From NCBI GenBank assembly GCA_964510025.1, contig CAZDZV010000001.1:1-63948 (forward strand): a stretch of DNA of 63,948 nucleotides, in the 5' to 3' direction. Both the position numbers and the translations under genes were made by a program. The stretch's first letter is position 1. Each line of letters opens with the position of its first letter. This DNA comes from an uncultured Methanosarcinales archaeon (GTDB lineage Archaea; Nanobdellota; Nanobdellia; Woesearchaeales; DATDXC01). The notes beneath the pieces were generated by a model. It ran no database searches, had not been told where the DNA came from, and was given only the letters and a program-made list of their open reading frames with translations. Shown here one piece after another: positions 20,565 through 30,023 of this stretch.

Positions 20565-21350
20565 ATGAAAAGAACACCTGAAAGTAAACTGATGACAGGT
20601 AGTTCAGTATCATGTTACACCAGGGAGGGTGAAAAATACCTATCTGCTGTCTACCTCAGGCAGATACAGATATTATCTGCTTATATCGGCAGAGGAAAGT
20701 TTGAGATTCTCGATGTAGGATGCGGCAACGGTATAATCGACCGCCAGCTAGTCAGGATATTTCCAAATATCAGTATCACTGCCATAGATCTTTCAAAAGA
20801 CATGATAATCAGGGCCAGGCTTGAGTCGCTTGATCATGCAGATTACAAAAGAATACAATATCTGCATAGAGACATATCTAAAATCAGGAAAAAATATGAT
20901 ATGGTCATCTCCTCGTTTGTGCTTCACCATACGCAGGATGAGGAGGATGCTGTCTTTTTAGCAAAAAGCATGAAATCTAAGCTCAAGAAAGAAGGCTGCT
21001 TATACCTATTTGATTTCTACCGGCCAACTAAAAGGATAGGAATGAAAATTTTTCTGGCTGTATTCTCCAGGATAAACAAGACACTTCTAGCAGATGGGAC
21101 CAGATCACTAGCAGCTGCTTACAATCTAGAGGAGCTGTCTGAAATCCTGATGAAAAGCCGATTAGAAGCTGACAGCTTCATGTACTGGCCATTTGCCTAT
21201 TGCCAGATGATAATAAAAGGAAGCTGCCGAGCCAAGCCTATAAGGCTTAGCGAGATACCATTGTACAAGAAAACCAGAAAAAAGGACAGGCTGCTGGCCA
21301 GATGCTCAGCTCTGATGAACATGCATTATATACCACATAAAACTATTTAA
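20565..21350 (+). CDS. Class I SAM-dependent methyltransferase (small-molecule type)
   Basis: ILDVGCGNG, AIDLSKDM, SSFVLHH. Confidence 0.85.
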   Translation: MKRTPESKLMTGSSVSCYTREGEKYLSAVYLRQIQILSAYIGRGKFEILDVGCGNGIIDRQLVRIFPNISITAIDLSKDMIIRARLESLDHADYKRIQYLHRDISKIRKKYDMVISSFVLHHTQDEEDAVFLAKSMKSKLKKEGCLYLFDFYRPTKRIGMKIFLAVFSRINKTLLADGTRSLAAAYNLEELSEILMKSRLEADSFMYWPFAYCQMIIKGSCRAKPIRLSEIPLYKKTRKKDRLLARCSALMNMHYIPHKTI

Positions 21351-21396
21351 ATGGCAGCATTTCCCTTAGGACAACAAGTTGATGGGATAAATAAAA

Positions 21397-22488
21397 GTGG
21401 AATACGCTGTGGTGGGCCATCCTTCAAGCATCGAACATCTTGAGAGGATAATGCTGACTAAGAATCTAGGTAGTATTACGGCTGACAAGAAGTTTCTTTT
21501 GAATCTATACAGAAGCCTGCCAAAGTTTCTTAACAAGCAGAAGAGGAAGCTTCTGCTGAAATTCTTTGAGCTATCCAATGCAATCAAGACATGCGACATA
21601 AGCAACCTGCTCTCCAAAACAGGGCAGAAGATAGATGGCTTTTTTATCACCTATCCGGTCATCCCCGGACTTACCAACCTGACAAGCGAGCAGAAGCTGG
21701 AGAAATTAAAGTCTGTATGCCATGTTGCGAAAAAATATGGCGCCAAGATTGTAGGACTGGGCGCTTTTTCATCGATAGATGACGGCAACCAGGGAGCATT
21801 ATTGGCCAAATATTCCGATGTTGCTGTAACGAACGGAAATACACTAACAGCTGCTGCTACGCTGCAAGGCATCTATAAATCTGCAGAGAGACTGGGCTTA
21901 ACCCTGAAAGAGGCAACTGTAGCGATAATCGGCGCGTCCGGTGATGTGGGCAGCGGCTGCGCAAGAGTCCTATCAAACAAAGTAAATGAACTTATCCTGA
22001 CAGCCAGGAATGTAGTAAGATTAGAGGAATTTAGCAGGACAATAGAAAAAAACAGGTCCAAAGTGAACTATACAAATGACAATCTTAAGGCAATTAGCCG
22101 GGCAGATATAGTGATAACCTGCGCAAGCGGCATAACCAGATTCATCAATGCAGATGCCTTTAAAAAAGACGCTATTGTCTGCGATGTGGGCTTCCCTAAA
22201 AATGTCTCTTATGAATACTCCAAAAGAAAGGACCTTTTCGTCTTTTCAGGGGGGCTTATGAAACTTCCTTCTGAAGTGGAATTTGGGGTAGACCTGGACC
22301 TTCCGAAAAATGTGGTCTATGGATGTTTTGCAGAAGCAATGGTACTGGCTTTTGAAAAAAGATTTGAAAATTTCTCTATCGGCAGAGGCAGCATAACCTC
22401 ACAAAAAATTGACTATATATGGAATAAGGCAAAGATAAATGGATTTGAACTTGCTCCTTTCTCAAGAGGAAAACAGAAAATATCATGA
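21397..22488 (+). CDS. Acyl-ACP/acyl-CoA reductase-like NAD(P)-binding protein (cyanobacterial AAR/COG5322 family)
   Basis: VGHP, IVGLGAFSSI, TNGNTLT, VAIIGASGDVGS, CDVGFPKNV, YGCFAEAMVL (AAR catalytic-Cys motif), FSIGRGSI. Confidence 0.8.
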   Translation: MEYAVVGHPSSIEHLERIMLTKNLGSITADKKFLLNLYRSLPKFLNKQKRKLLLKFFELSNAIKTCDISNLLSKTGQKIDGFFITYPVIPGLTNLTSEQKLEKLKSVCHVAKKYGAKIVGLGAFSSIDDGNQGALLAKYSDVAVTNGNTLTAAATLQGIYKSAERLGLTLKEATVAIIGASGDVGSGCARVLSNKVNELILTARNVVRLEEFSRTIEKNRSKVNYTNDNLKAISRADIVITCASGITRFINADAFKKDAIVCDVGFPKNVSYEYSKRKDLFVFSGGLMKLPSEVEFGVDLDLPKNVVYGCFAEAMVLAFEKRFENFSIGRGSITSQKIDYIWNKAKINGFELAPFSRGKQKIS

Positions 22489-24212
22489 AAGTAAGTGAGC
22501 TGATTGCCAGGTTTATAGAAAAAAATAAGATACGGTTTGTATTTGGCATTCCTGGAACGCATATTCTTCCTTTTGTTACAGCCTTTTATAACTCCAGAAC
22601 CAAGCTGATTCTGACCAAACATGAAAGTGGGGCCTCTTTCATGGCTGACGGCTATTCAAAGGTCAGCGGCAGGATCGGGGTGTGCTTTGGCACGACAGGG
22701 CCCGGTGCAACCAACCTAATCACTGGCGTAGCCACATCGTACATGGATTCTATGCCTATTCTTGCTTTAACCGCTGCTGTCCCTACCAAGTTCTTTGGAA
22801 AGGGTGCTCTACAGGAAGGAACCGGCATAGGAAGGTCAGTAGGGCATCTGGATATATTCAAAAGCATAACAAAACATAATGAATGTGTCATGGATCCAAA
22901 AGACATCAAAAAGTCTCTGGAGAAATCCTATAATCTTATGCTAAGCAGAAGGCCAGGGCCGGTCCATCTTGACCTTCCTGTAGATGTCCAGAACAGCAGG
23001 GTTAGAAATTCAAGCTTCAGTCTTAAGAAAGACAAACAAGAAATATCCAGAAAAATCCTGCGCAGAACAGCTAGGATCCTGGCCAAGGCAAAAAATCCTG
23101 TAGTCCTAGCTGGTGGCGGGGTTGTATTTTCGGATGCGTCATATCTGCTCAGGGATTTGTCAGATACCCTTAGAATGCCTGTGGCCACAACTGTAAAGGG
23201 AAAGGGGGCTATCGATGAGGACTCTGAATTGGCCTTGGGTACAGTGGGGCTGTACGGATCAAGCGTTGCAAACTCTTTCATCAGGGATAAGATAGATGTT
23301 ATGCTCGCTTTGGGATGTTCATTTCATGAATTTTCAACCCAGTGCTATGATGAGAGAATCAAGCCCAAGAAACTAATCCATGTGGATATAGACGAAGATG
23401 AGCTGAACAAAAACTATAAGGCACACATCAGCATAAGCGCTGATGCAAAGGAATTTTTGAAATCGCTTCTGACGGAAATTAAAGGTATCAAAGCAGACAG
23501 AAGCCCTATCATAAGCCGTATAAAACATCTAAAAAAGAAGTATAGGTATTTTAATGAAAAGATGATGCATTCAGATGCGGTTCCAATAAAGCCACAAAGA
23601 GCTATGAAGGAGCTTAGAGAGATATTGCCCAGAGATACAATAGTCTTCTCTGAAAGCATAATGTGGACTCAAAGATATTTCAAGGTTCATGAGCCTAAAA
23701 CACACATCGTGGGCACCGGGCTTGCCTCCTTAGGGTACGGAACTGCAGCCTGTATAGGGGGAAAGTTGGCTGCACCAGACAAGCCGGTCATATGCATTTG
23801 CGGCGATGGGGGCTTCCAGTTTATGGCTATGGAGGTTAAAACAGCTGTAACCTACGAGGTGCCAGTAGTCTGGATAATACTGAATAACTCGAGATTTGGT
23901 GTGATATACAACGCTCAGAAAAAGCTTTATAACGGAAGATTCCTATGCTCTGAACTGGAGAATCCTGATTTTATGAAATTTGCTGAGTCTATGGGGGCTG
24001 TCGGCTCAAGGATCAGGAAGCCATGTGACATCAAGGCAGCTGTCAACAAAGCACTGAAGAAAAAAAAGCCAGCCGTAATAGAAATCATTATAGATCCAGA
24101 TGAGGCTCCACCGAACAAGTTAAGAATTCTAGAGCAGGTTAGAGCATCGAAAGTTGATATCAACTATCTTAAGAACCTAAAGGGTTTTGGAAGCCTGTTA
24201 AGAGAAAAATGA
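22485..24212 (+). CDS. ThDP-dependent enzyme, acetolactate-synthase-like
   Basis: VFGIPG, KHESGASFMADGY, TTGPGATN, GDGG...NN ThDP motif; no ilvN/ilvC nearby. Confidence 0.88.
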   Translation: MKVSELIARFIEKNKIRFVFGIPGTHILPFVTAFYNSRTKLILTKHESGASFMADGYSKVSGRIGVCFGTTGPGATNLITGVATSYMDSMPILALTAAVPTKFFGKGALQEGTGIGRSVGHLDIFKSITKHNECVMDPKDIKKSLEKSYNLMLSRRPGPVHLDLPVDVQNSRVRNSSFSLKKDKQEISRKILRRTARILAKAKNPVVLAGGGVVFSDASYLLRDLSDTLRMPVATTVKGKGAIDEDSELALGTVGLYGSSVANSFIRDKIDVMLALGCSFHEFSTQCYDERIKPKKLIHVDIDEDELNKNYKAHISISADAKEFLKSLLTEIKGIKADRSPIISRIKHLKKKYRYFNEKMMHSDAVPIKPQRAMKELREILPRDTIVFSESIMWTQRYFKVHEPKTHIVGTGLASLGYGTAACIGGKLAAPDKPVICICGDGGFQFMAMEVKTAVTYEVPVVWIILNNSRFGVIYNAQKKLYNGRFLCSELENPDFMKFAESMGAVGSRIRKPCDIKAAVNKALKKKKPAVIEIIIDPDEAPPNKLRILEQVRASKVDINYLKNLKGFGSLLREK

Positions 24213-27200
24213 AATATTATCTTGGAATCGATATAGGGTCGGTGAGTGTGAAATCCGCAGTCATTGATTGCAAAGGTAAACTGCTCAATAAACAGTATAG
24301 CCGGTCGGAAGGACAACCTTTGAAAAAACTTACAGAGCAGCTTTCTAAACTAGGCATCCAGAAGGCGGATAATATTGTTGCGACTGGAAGCGGTAAAAAA
24401 TTATTAAAGGATATTCTTGGAATAAGGACAGAGAATGAAATCGTGACAAACATGGTAGCTGCGTACCATATTGACCCGGATGTCAGGACTGTTATCGAAA
24501 TAGGGGGGCAGGATTCAAAGCTGATTTTTATTGAGGATGGCCCAACCCTGAAAGACCATTCAATGAACGAGGTTTGCGCAGCCGGCACAGGCAGCTTTCT
24601 GGACCAGCAAGCAGAAAGGCTAGGCATCTCTGTAAAAGATTTTGGAAAGCTTGCGCTTAGATCGAAAAATCCCGCGAATATTGCCGGCAGGTGCACTGTC
24701 TTTGCAAAAACTGATATGATACACCTGCAGCAGGAAGGCTATGCCAAGGAAGATATTGTGAATGGTCTTTGCTATTCTCTTGCAAGGAACTTCATAGCTG
24801 GGCTTGGAAAAAACAGGGAGATAAAGGACAAGGTTTTTTTTCAGGGAGCAGTAGCCGCTAACAGGGGGGTTGTGAGGTCCTTTGAATCCCTGTTGCAGAA
24901 GAAGCTGATAATACCTAAGCATTATAGGATTATGGGGGCTTTTGGAAGCGCTTTGATAGCGAAACAAAAATCCACGGGATACACGATAAAAGATGTTATA
25001 CAGAAGATAAATGAATATATTAAAAAGGACAAAGGCTCTGGACACAGATTACCCAGGTTCAGAAAATATGTCGGAAACACGGCCATCAAGATAGCTGCAA
25101 CCAAGGATAAGGGGTGCTACCTTGGTGTGGATGTTGGATCGATCAGTATTGACATTGTTGTGATCAATAGATCAAAGGAAATCCTATACCAGAAATACTA
25201 TTACACAAAAGGAGAGCCGCTCAGGGTGATTAAGCAGGCTTTGTCTGAGCTTGGAAGGCGGGATTTTAAAATCAAAGCAGCTGGAATCACCGGTTCCGGC
25301 AGATATCTGTTTGGAGAGTATATTGGGGCCGACATAATTAAGAATGAGATAACATGCCAGGCAAGAGCTGCCTATGAAGTTGACAGTAAGATTGACACGG
25401 TCATAGAGATAGGGGGGCAGGATTCAAAGTTCATAAGGCTGAAGAAAGGGAAAGTCATCAATTTTGAGATGAACAAGGTTTGCGCAGCCGGCACGGGCAG
25501 CTTTCTGGAGGAACAGGCCAAAAGGCTGGATGTGGACATTAAAGACTTCGGCAGGCTAGCATTCAAATCTCAAAATCCCCTGGATTTAGGGACAAAATGC
25601 ACTGTTTTCATGGAGTCAGATGTTATCCATTACCAGCAGCAGGGCCATAGAAAAGAAGACATTATTGCTGGACTTGCTTACGCAATAGCCAGGAATTATC
25701 TTGACAAAGTTGTCATCAACAGGAAAATTGGCAACCATATAATTTTTTTAGGTGGAGTTGCCTCTAATCGATCAGTTGTATCAGCCTTCAAAAAATTGCT
25801 AAAAAAGAGGATTACGGTGCCACCAATTAACAAGGTTTCTGGCGCTTATGGCGCTGCCCTGATTTCTTGTGAATCCAATGTAGCTAAAACCAGGTTCAAT
25901 GGATTTGAGCTGGATAAGATTCCTTATTCAACTTCCCATTTCATCTGCGATCGTTGCATAAATCGCTGCAACATAGAAGAGATCAAAATAAAGGGCAATT
26001 CTTTCTATTTTGGCAGCCTTTGCGGCAGGTATGATAAGAAGAAAGATGAATCAAAGAAACTCCCAAATTATTTTGAACTACATAATAAGGCATTATTCGA
26101 TTGTATAAATAACAGCAATAAAAATAAAAAAGAGATAGGTATCCCAAGAATTTTTCTTTTCTATGATTATTTTCCGCTATGGGCGGGATTTTTTAACAAT
26201 CTAGGTTTCAACATAGTAGTATCTGATGAGACCAACCGTAAGATGTCAGATTTTGGATTAAGAAGGGCAGTAGTCGACACATGTTTCCCTGTAAAATCTG
26301 TGTATGGACATATAAAAAATCTAATAGATAAGGGAGTAAAAAAGATTTTCTATCCTTCTTTTGTTGAGCTGGAGCCTGATAAAGGTCTGAAACGAATAGT
26401 ATGCCCCTATAAATCAACTGTGCCACAATTTGTTTATTCTGCTCTTGGAACTAAGATAATCAGTCCTGTAGTTTCTGATGAATCTGGATTGAATGATATA
26501 CTAATCCAAACAGGCAAAGACCTGGGATTTAAGAGAAGCAAGGTCATAAAAGCTTATGAAGCTGCCCTTAATATTGTATCAGATTACAGAAAAAAAATCA
26601 AAAAGCTAAGAGAAGATATCGACATCGCTAAGTATGAAAAAATCGTCATAGTCATGGGTAAGAGATATAATCTTTATAATAGACTAAACAACCTAAATCT
26701 GGCCCACAAATTCATGATGAAAGGAATCCTCCCATTACCTATGGACATTCTTCCTTTAGAGAATCTCAGCCTATCACATAGGTGGAGGGATCTCGTATGG
26801 AAGGAAAGCCAGGACATTATCAAAGCTGCCAGTTTTATCAATAAAAAAGCTAACTTATTTCCTGTATTTGTCACGAATTTTGGCTGCGGCCAGGATTCTT
26901 TTCTTGAAAAACACCTGGAAAAGATATTCAAGGATAAACCATATGTCAGCCTTGAGATAGATGAGCATACAGCAGATGCCGGAATCTTAACAAGGATAGA
27001 GGCCTTTATAGACACACTTGAGAATAAGCATACTGAATCAAGGTATAATCCTTATGCCTATGACGCAAAAAAACTTTCCAGAGGGAAAACCTATTTTATC
27101 CCCAATAATGCTGATAATTTTGTAGCGATTAAAACTGCATTAGGGGCATTAGGCTACAAGGCAGAGATGCTGCCCAGGGGGGATATGCAATCTTTTTCTA

Positions 27201-28234
27201 TGGGCAGCAAATTTTCTTCAGGAAAAGAGTGTTTAGCATACATATTTGTGCTTGGGGACCTTCTTAAGCTTACTAACAAAAAAGGTTTTGATCCCAAAAA
27301 CGCTGCATTTTTTCTAGCTGCGCATGATCATTGCCTTGCCAACCAATATCCTGCTGCCTATAAAAATATTCTCGGGGAACTAGGTATAGACCTGGATATA
27401 GTAACTGCAAGGATATATCCTGAAAAGGATGAGGTAAGAGAGATACTTGGATTAAGATGCATGAGAATATTTTGGAATGCTTGGATCTCTATAGACTATA
27501 TGCACCGGCTTTATCATGAACTAAAAAAGGGAAGTGATATGGAAAGGGAATACAAAGACTATCTTGAAAAGATGAAAAAAGCAAGGACTGTAAGTGACAT
27601 CTTAAATCTAACAAGGTCAACCATAGATTCATTCAATAGACTTAAGAAAGACAAGAAGAAAAAGCCGATAATCGCCTTAGTAGGAGAGCCCTATGTACTA
27701 TTCAATGAAAATGCAAACAGCAACTTAATCAAACAGCTTGAGGACTTGGATTGTGAGGTGTGGCTGCCCCCACATATGTCTGACTATCTGCGTTTTATAG
27801 AATTCAAAAGAGCGTGCTTATCTTCTAGGAAAAGACAGCTAAGGGCAGTATTGGATAACATTAGGTCTAAGGTAGCGGAGAAAGATGAAGAAAGGATAGC
27901 CGCCCTTTTCAAGACATCATTATGTAATTTTCCAGAACCGACCTTAGCGGAATTATTCAGATATGCTGAGAAGTACATATCTGACAAGCATGATCCTCTG
28001 ACTGTTTTTACAGTTTCAAAGACTGTTGATTTTATTAATAAAGGAGTTGATGGAATAATCAATGTTATGTCCCACCATTGCCTGGTCAACTACTCGGCGA
28101 CTGCAATATTAAAGAGCATAGTGGCAGAGCGCGGCACGCCGATAATAGATATGATATTTACTGGCCAGCAGGATACGCATGTGCAGAATAGGTTAGAGGC
28201 CTTTGTCTACCAGGTTAAGCAGAAATATTCTTAA
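24209..28234 (+). CDS. Fused 2-hydroxyacyl-CoA dehydratase activator-type protein (two ASKHA activator + two reductase/DUF2229-like domains), PlsA/Ger-like
   Basis: GIDIGS/GVDVGS, two copies each of IEIGGQDSK and CAAGTGSFL, RCTVF/KCTVF, IGIPR...CFPVK, FGCGQDS, IDEH...TRIEAF and terminal NRLEAF. Confidence 0.88.
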   Translation: MKYYLGIDIGSVSVKSAVIDCKGKLLNKQYSRSEGQPLKKLTEQLSKLGIQKADNIVATGSGKKLLKDILGIRTENEIVTNMVAAYHIDPDVRTVIEIGGQDSKLIFIEDGPTLKDHSMNEVCAAGTGSFLDQQAERLGISVKDFGKLALRSKNPANIAGRCTVFAKTDMIHLQQEGYAKEDIVNGLCYSLARNFIAGLGKNREIKDKVFFQGAVAANRGVVRSFESLLQKKLIIPKHYRIMGAFGSALIAKQKSTGYTIKDVIQKINEYIKKDKGSGHRLPRFRKYVGNTAIKIAATKDKGCYLGVDVGSISIDIVVINRSKEILYQKYYYTKGEPLRVIKQALSELGRRDFKIKAAGITGSGRYLFGEYIGADIIKNEITCQARAAYEVDSKIDTVIEIGGQDSKFIRLKKGKVINFEMNKVCAAGTGSFLEEQAKRLDVDIKDFGRLAFKSQNPLDLGTKCTVFMESDVIHYQQQGHRKEDIIAGLAYAIARNYLDKVVINRKIGNHIIFLGGVASNRSVVSAFKKLLKKRITVPPINKVSGAYGAALISCESNVAKTRFNGFELDKIPYSTSHFICDRCINRCNIEEIKIKGNSFYFGSLCGRYDKKKDESKKLPNYFELHNKALFDCINNSNKNKKEIGIPRIFLFYDYFPLWAGFFNNLGFNIVVSDETNRKMSDFGLRRAVVDTCFPVKSVYGHIKNLIDKGVKKIFYPSFVELEPDKGLKRIVCPYKSTVPQFVYSALGTKIISPVVSDESGLNDILIQTGKDLGFKRSKVIKAYEAALNIVSDYRKKIKKLREDIDIAKYEKIVIVMGKRYNLYNRLNNLNLAHKFMMKGILPLPMDILPLENLSLSHRWRDLVWKESQDIIKAASFINKKANLFPVFVTNFGCGQDSFLEKHLEKIFKDKPYVSLEIDEHTADAGILTRIEAFIDTLENKHTESRYNPYAYDAKKLSRGKTYFIPNNADNFVAIKTALGALGYKAEMLPRGDMQSFSMGSKFSSGKECLAYIFVLGDLLKLTNKKGFDPKNAAFFLAAHDHCLANQYPAAYKNILGELGIDLDIVTARIYPEKDEVREILGLRCMRIFWNAWISIDYMHRLYHELKKGSDMEREYKDYLEKMKKARTVSDILNLTRSTIDSFNRLKKDKKKKPIIALVGEPYVLFNENANSNLIKQLEDLDCEVWLPPHMSDYLRFIEFKRACLSSRKRQLRAVLDNIRSKVAEKDEERIAALFKTSLCNFPEPTLAELFRYAEKYISDKHDPLTVFTVSKTVDFINKGVDGIINVMSHHCLVNYSATAILKSIVAERGTPIIDMIFTGQQDTHVQNRLEAFVYQVKQKYS

Positions 28235-29647
28235 TTTTTTCCAGGCTATCAGATATTGCCATGATGGTGTTTTGCTGCCCATAAACCTTAACAAGGATTC
28301 TGCAATTGGGCGAAGTGTATTCTGAAGCAGGGTGAGCCTCGTTGTGCTTAAGGACAAGATATTTGAATTATATCTTATAAGCTCTGATATCCTCTTTTCT
28401 ATGTAATGGGAACTAATTGATCCAGAATGGTAGAAGACAGGATGCAGAAGGTCAGTATCTCTGGACATCATTCCCTCTTTAACAGCTAAATCAGCGAGTT
28501 CAGTACCCTCATATATTCTGATACCTGCTACAGTCACAATCAACTGGTTCTTTGGAAGCTGATTGATAAAATCGATTGTTTCTTCAAACGTTTTTTTGGA
28601 CTCATTCGGGCCGCCGAACATAAAAAACCACACTATATTTAGTGTGGAATTCTCGAGCAAATTCTTTGCATGTATGATGTCTGATTTCCTGAATCCTTTT
28701 CTTAAACCATCGATAACTGGCTGTGATGCAGATTCCGGCGTGATATAGATTTCATTGAATCCGGCCTTTTCTAATAAGAAAATAAGCTCTTTAGTAACAT
28801 ACTTTGGATTAATCCCCATTGTAGAGAAATTGGCCCTTATGCCCCTTTTAATTATCTGCCTGCATATTTTTATTGCGTGCTCTAATGGGAAATTAAACAC
28901 ACTATCAGTAAACTCAACATTCTTAATTCCAGTATATTCGATTAACCTAGATATATCATCAACTACTTGTTTCGCTGGCCTCAACCTGATTTCTTTACCC
29001 TCAATCTTGTTATAAGTACAGTATACGCAGTTAAAGCTGCAACCTCTTTTTGTCTGTATGCCAATTTTTCCAGATCGGGCATATTTTCTTACATTGATAA
29101 AACGATACACATCGGAAAAATTTATCTTAGTTAGGTCTTTGACTCTGGCAGTATCATTCAAGACAATTTTGCCATCTTGTTTATATACCGCCCCCTTTAT
29201 TTTTGAAAGGTCCTTATTTCTTTGCAGGGTGTCTATAAGCTCATTCAGGGATTCCTCGCCTTCTCCACAGATAGCATAGTCCAGGTCAAGATATTCAAGA
29301 ATCTTGACAGGACTAACGCCCACTGCTGAGCCACCGATTATCATGTCTGCTTCTGAGCATTTTTTGATTGTCTTGATTATTCTTTCCTTTATTTCGTTTA
29401 AATAAAAATATGGTCTAAGATAGTCTGCGCTATCTATGTTCCTTATGCCGATGCATATGTAATCAGGCTTGAAGGCAAGAATCCTTTTCTTGATTGCTTT
29501 TTCAGGATTATTTTCAAAAGTAAGATCCAAGAAGCTTACTGTATAGCCTTTAAGACTGGATGCTACAATACAAAGCCCAGTCGGCATTACAGGATATGGC
29601 TCTTTCTCTAGGTTAGAATTAATAAATAATACTTTCATTTTATTCAA
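28193..29647 (-). CDS. Cobalamin-binding radical SAM protein (lipid-biosynthesis/TsrM-like N-terminus)
   Basis: EPYPVMPTGL, IGIRNID, GGSA, GEGE, TKRGCSFNCVYC (CX3CX2C), FMFGGPNE. Confidence 0.88.
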   Translation of the reverse strand: MNKMKVLFINSNLEKEPYPVMPTGLCIVASSLKGYTVSFLDLTFENNPEKAIKKRILAFKPDYICIGIRNIDSADYLRPYFYLNEIKERIIKTIKKCSEADMIIGGSAVGVSPVKILEYLDLDYAICGEGEESLNELIDTLQRNKDLSKIKGAVYKQDGKIVLNDTARVKDLTKINFSDVYRFINVRKYARSGKIGIQTKRGCSFNCVYCTYNKIEGKEIRLRPAKQVVDDISRLIEYTGIKNVEFTDSVFNFPLEHAIKICRQIIKRGIRANFSTMGINPKYVTKELIFLLEKAGFNEIYITPESASQPVIDGLRKGFRKSDIIHAKNLLENSTLNIVWFFMFGGPNESKKTFEETIDFINQLPKNQLIVTVAGIRIYEGTELADLAVKEGMMSRDTDLLHPVFYHSGSISSHYIEKRISELIRYNSNILSLSTTRLTLLQNTLRPIAESLLRFMGSKTPSWQYLIAWKKLRIFLLNLVDKGL

Positions 29648-30023
29648 TCCTGGACGGTTTTACTTCTATTATTGGGAGACTAAGGATCAGCATACCTGTC
29701 TTCTTGTCGATAAATGCAATCTTTCCGCCTCGTGCAAAATATGTTCTTACAATCTTTTTCTTTATTCCGTTAACTACATCCTTATCATGAATGGTATATT
29801 GGCCTGTTCGGATTGGTCCTATGTAGCAGCCCAGAATAACTGCTCTTTTTGGAGTGATTAGTTCTGCTCTTTTGGGCTTCGGATCTATACCTGGCACCCA
29901 TACGCAAGGAGGATCCAAAGGATAAATCCAGAATCTGGTAAATCCAGACCGTAGCGAACCTTCTGTCAGCTCAATACAGTACCTAAATTCCTTAGTTGAG
30001 GGGTAGAAGTATCTGACAGTCAT
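29640..30023 (-). CDS. Hypothetical protein
   Basis: 127-aa ORF overlapping both neighbours in operon fashion. Confidence 0.6.
   Translation of the reverse strand: MTVRYFYPSTKEFRYCIELTEGSLRSGFTRFWIYPLDPPCVWVPGIDPKPKRAELITPKRAVILGCYIGPIRTGQYTIHDKDVVNGIKKKIVRTYFARGGKIAFIDKKTGMLILSLPIIEVKPSRIE

Noticed and set aside
22485..24212. Calling the ThDP enzyme ilvB
   Set aside because: No regulatory subunit or other ilv/leu genes are nearby, and the context points to another substrate.
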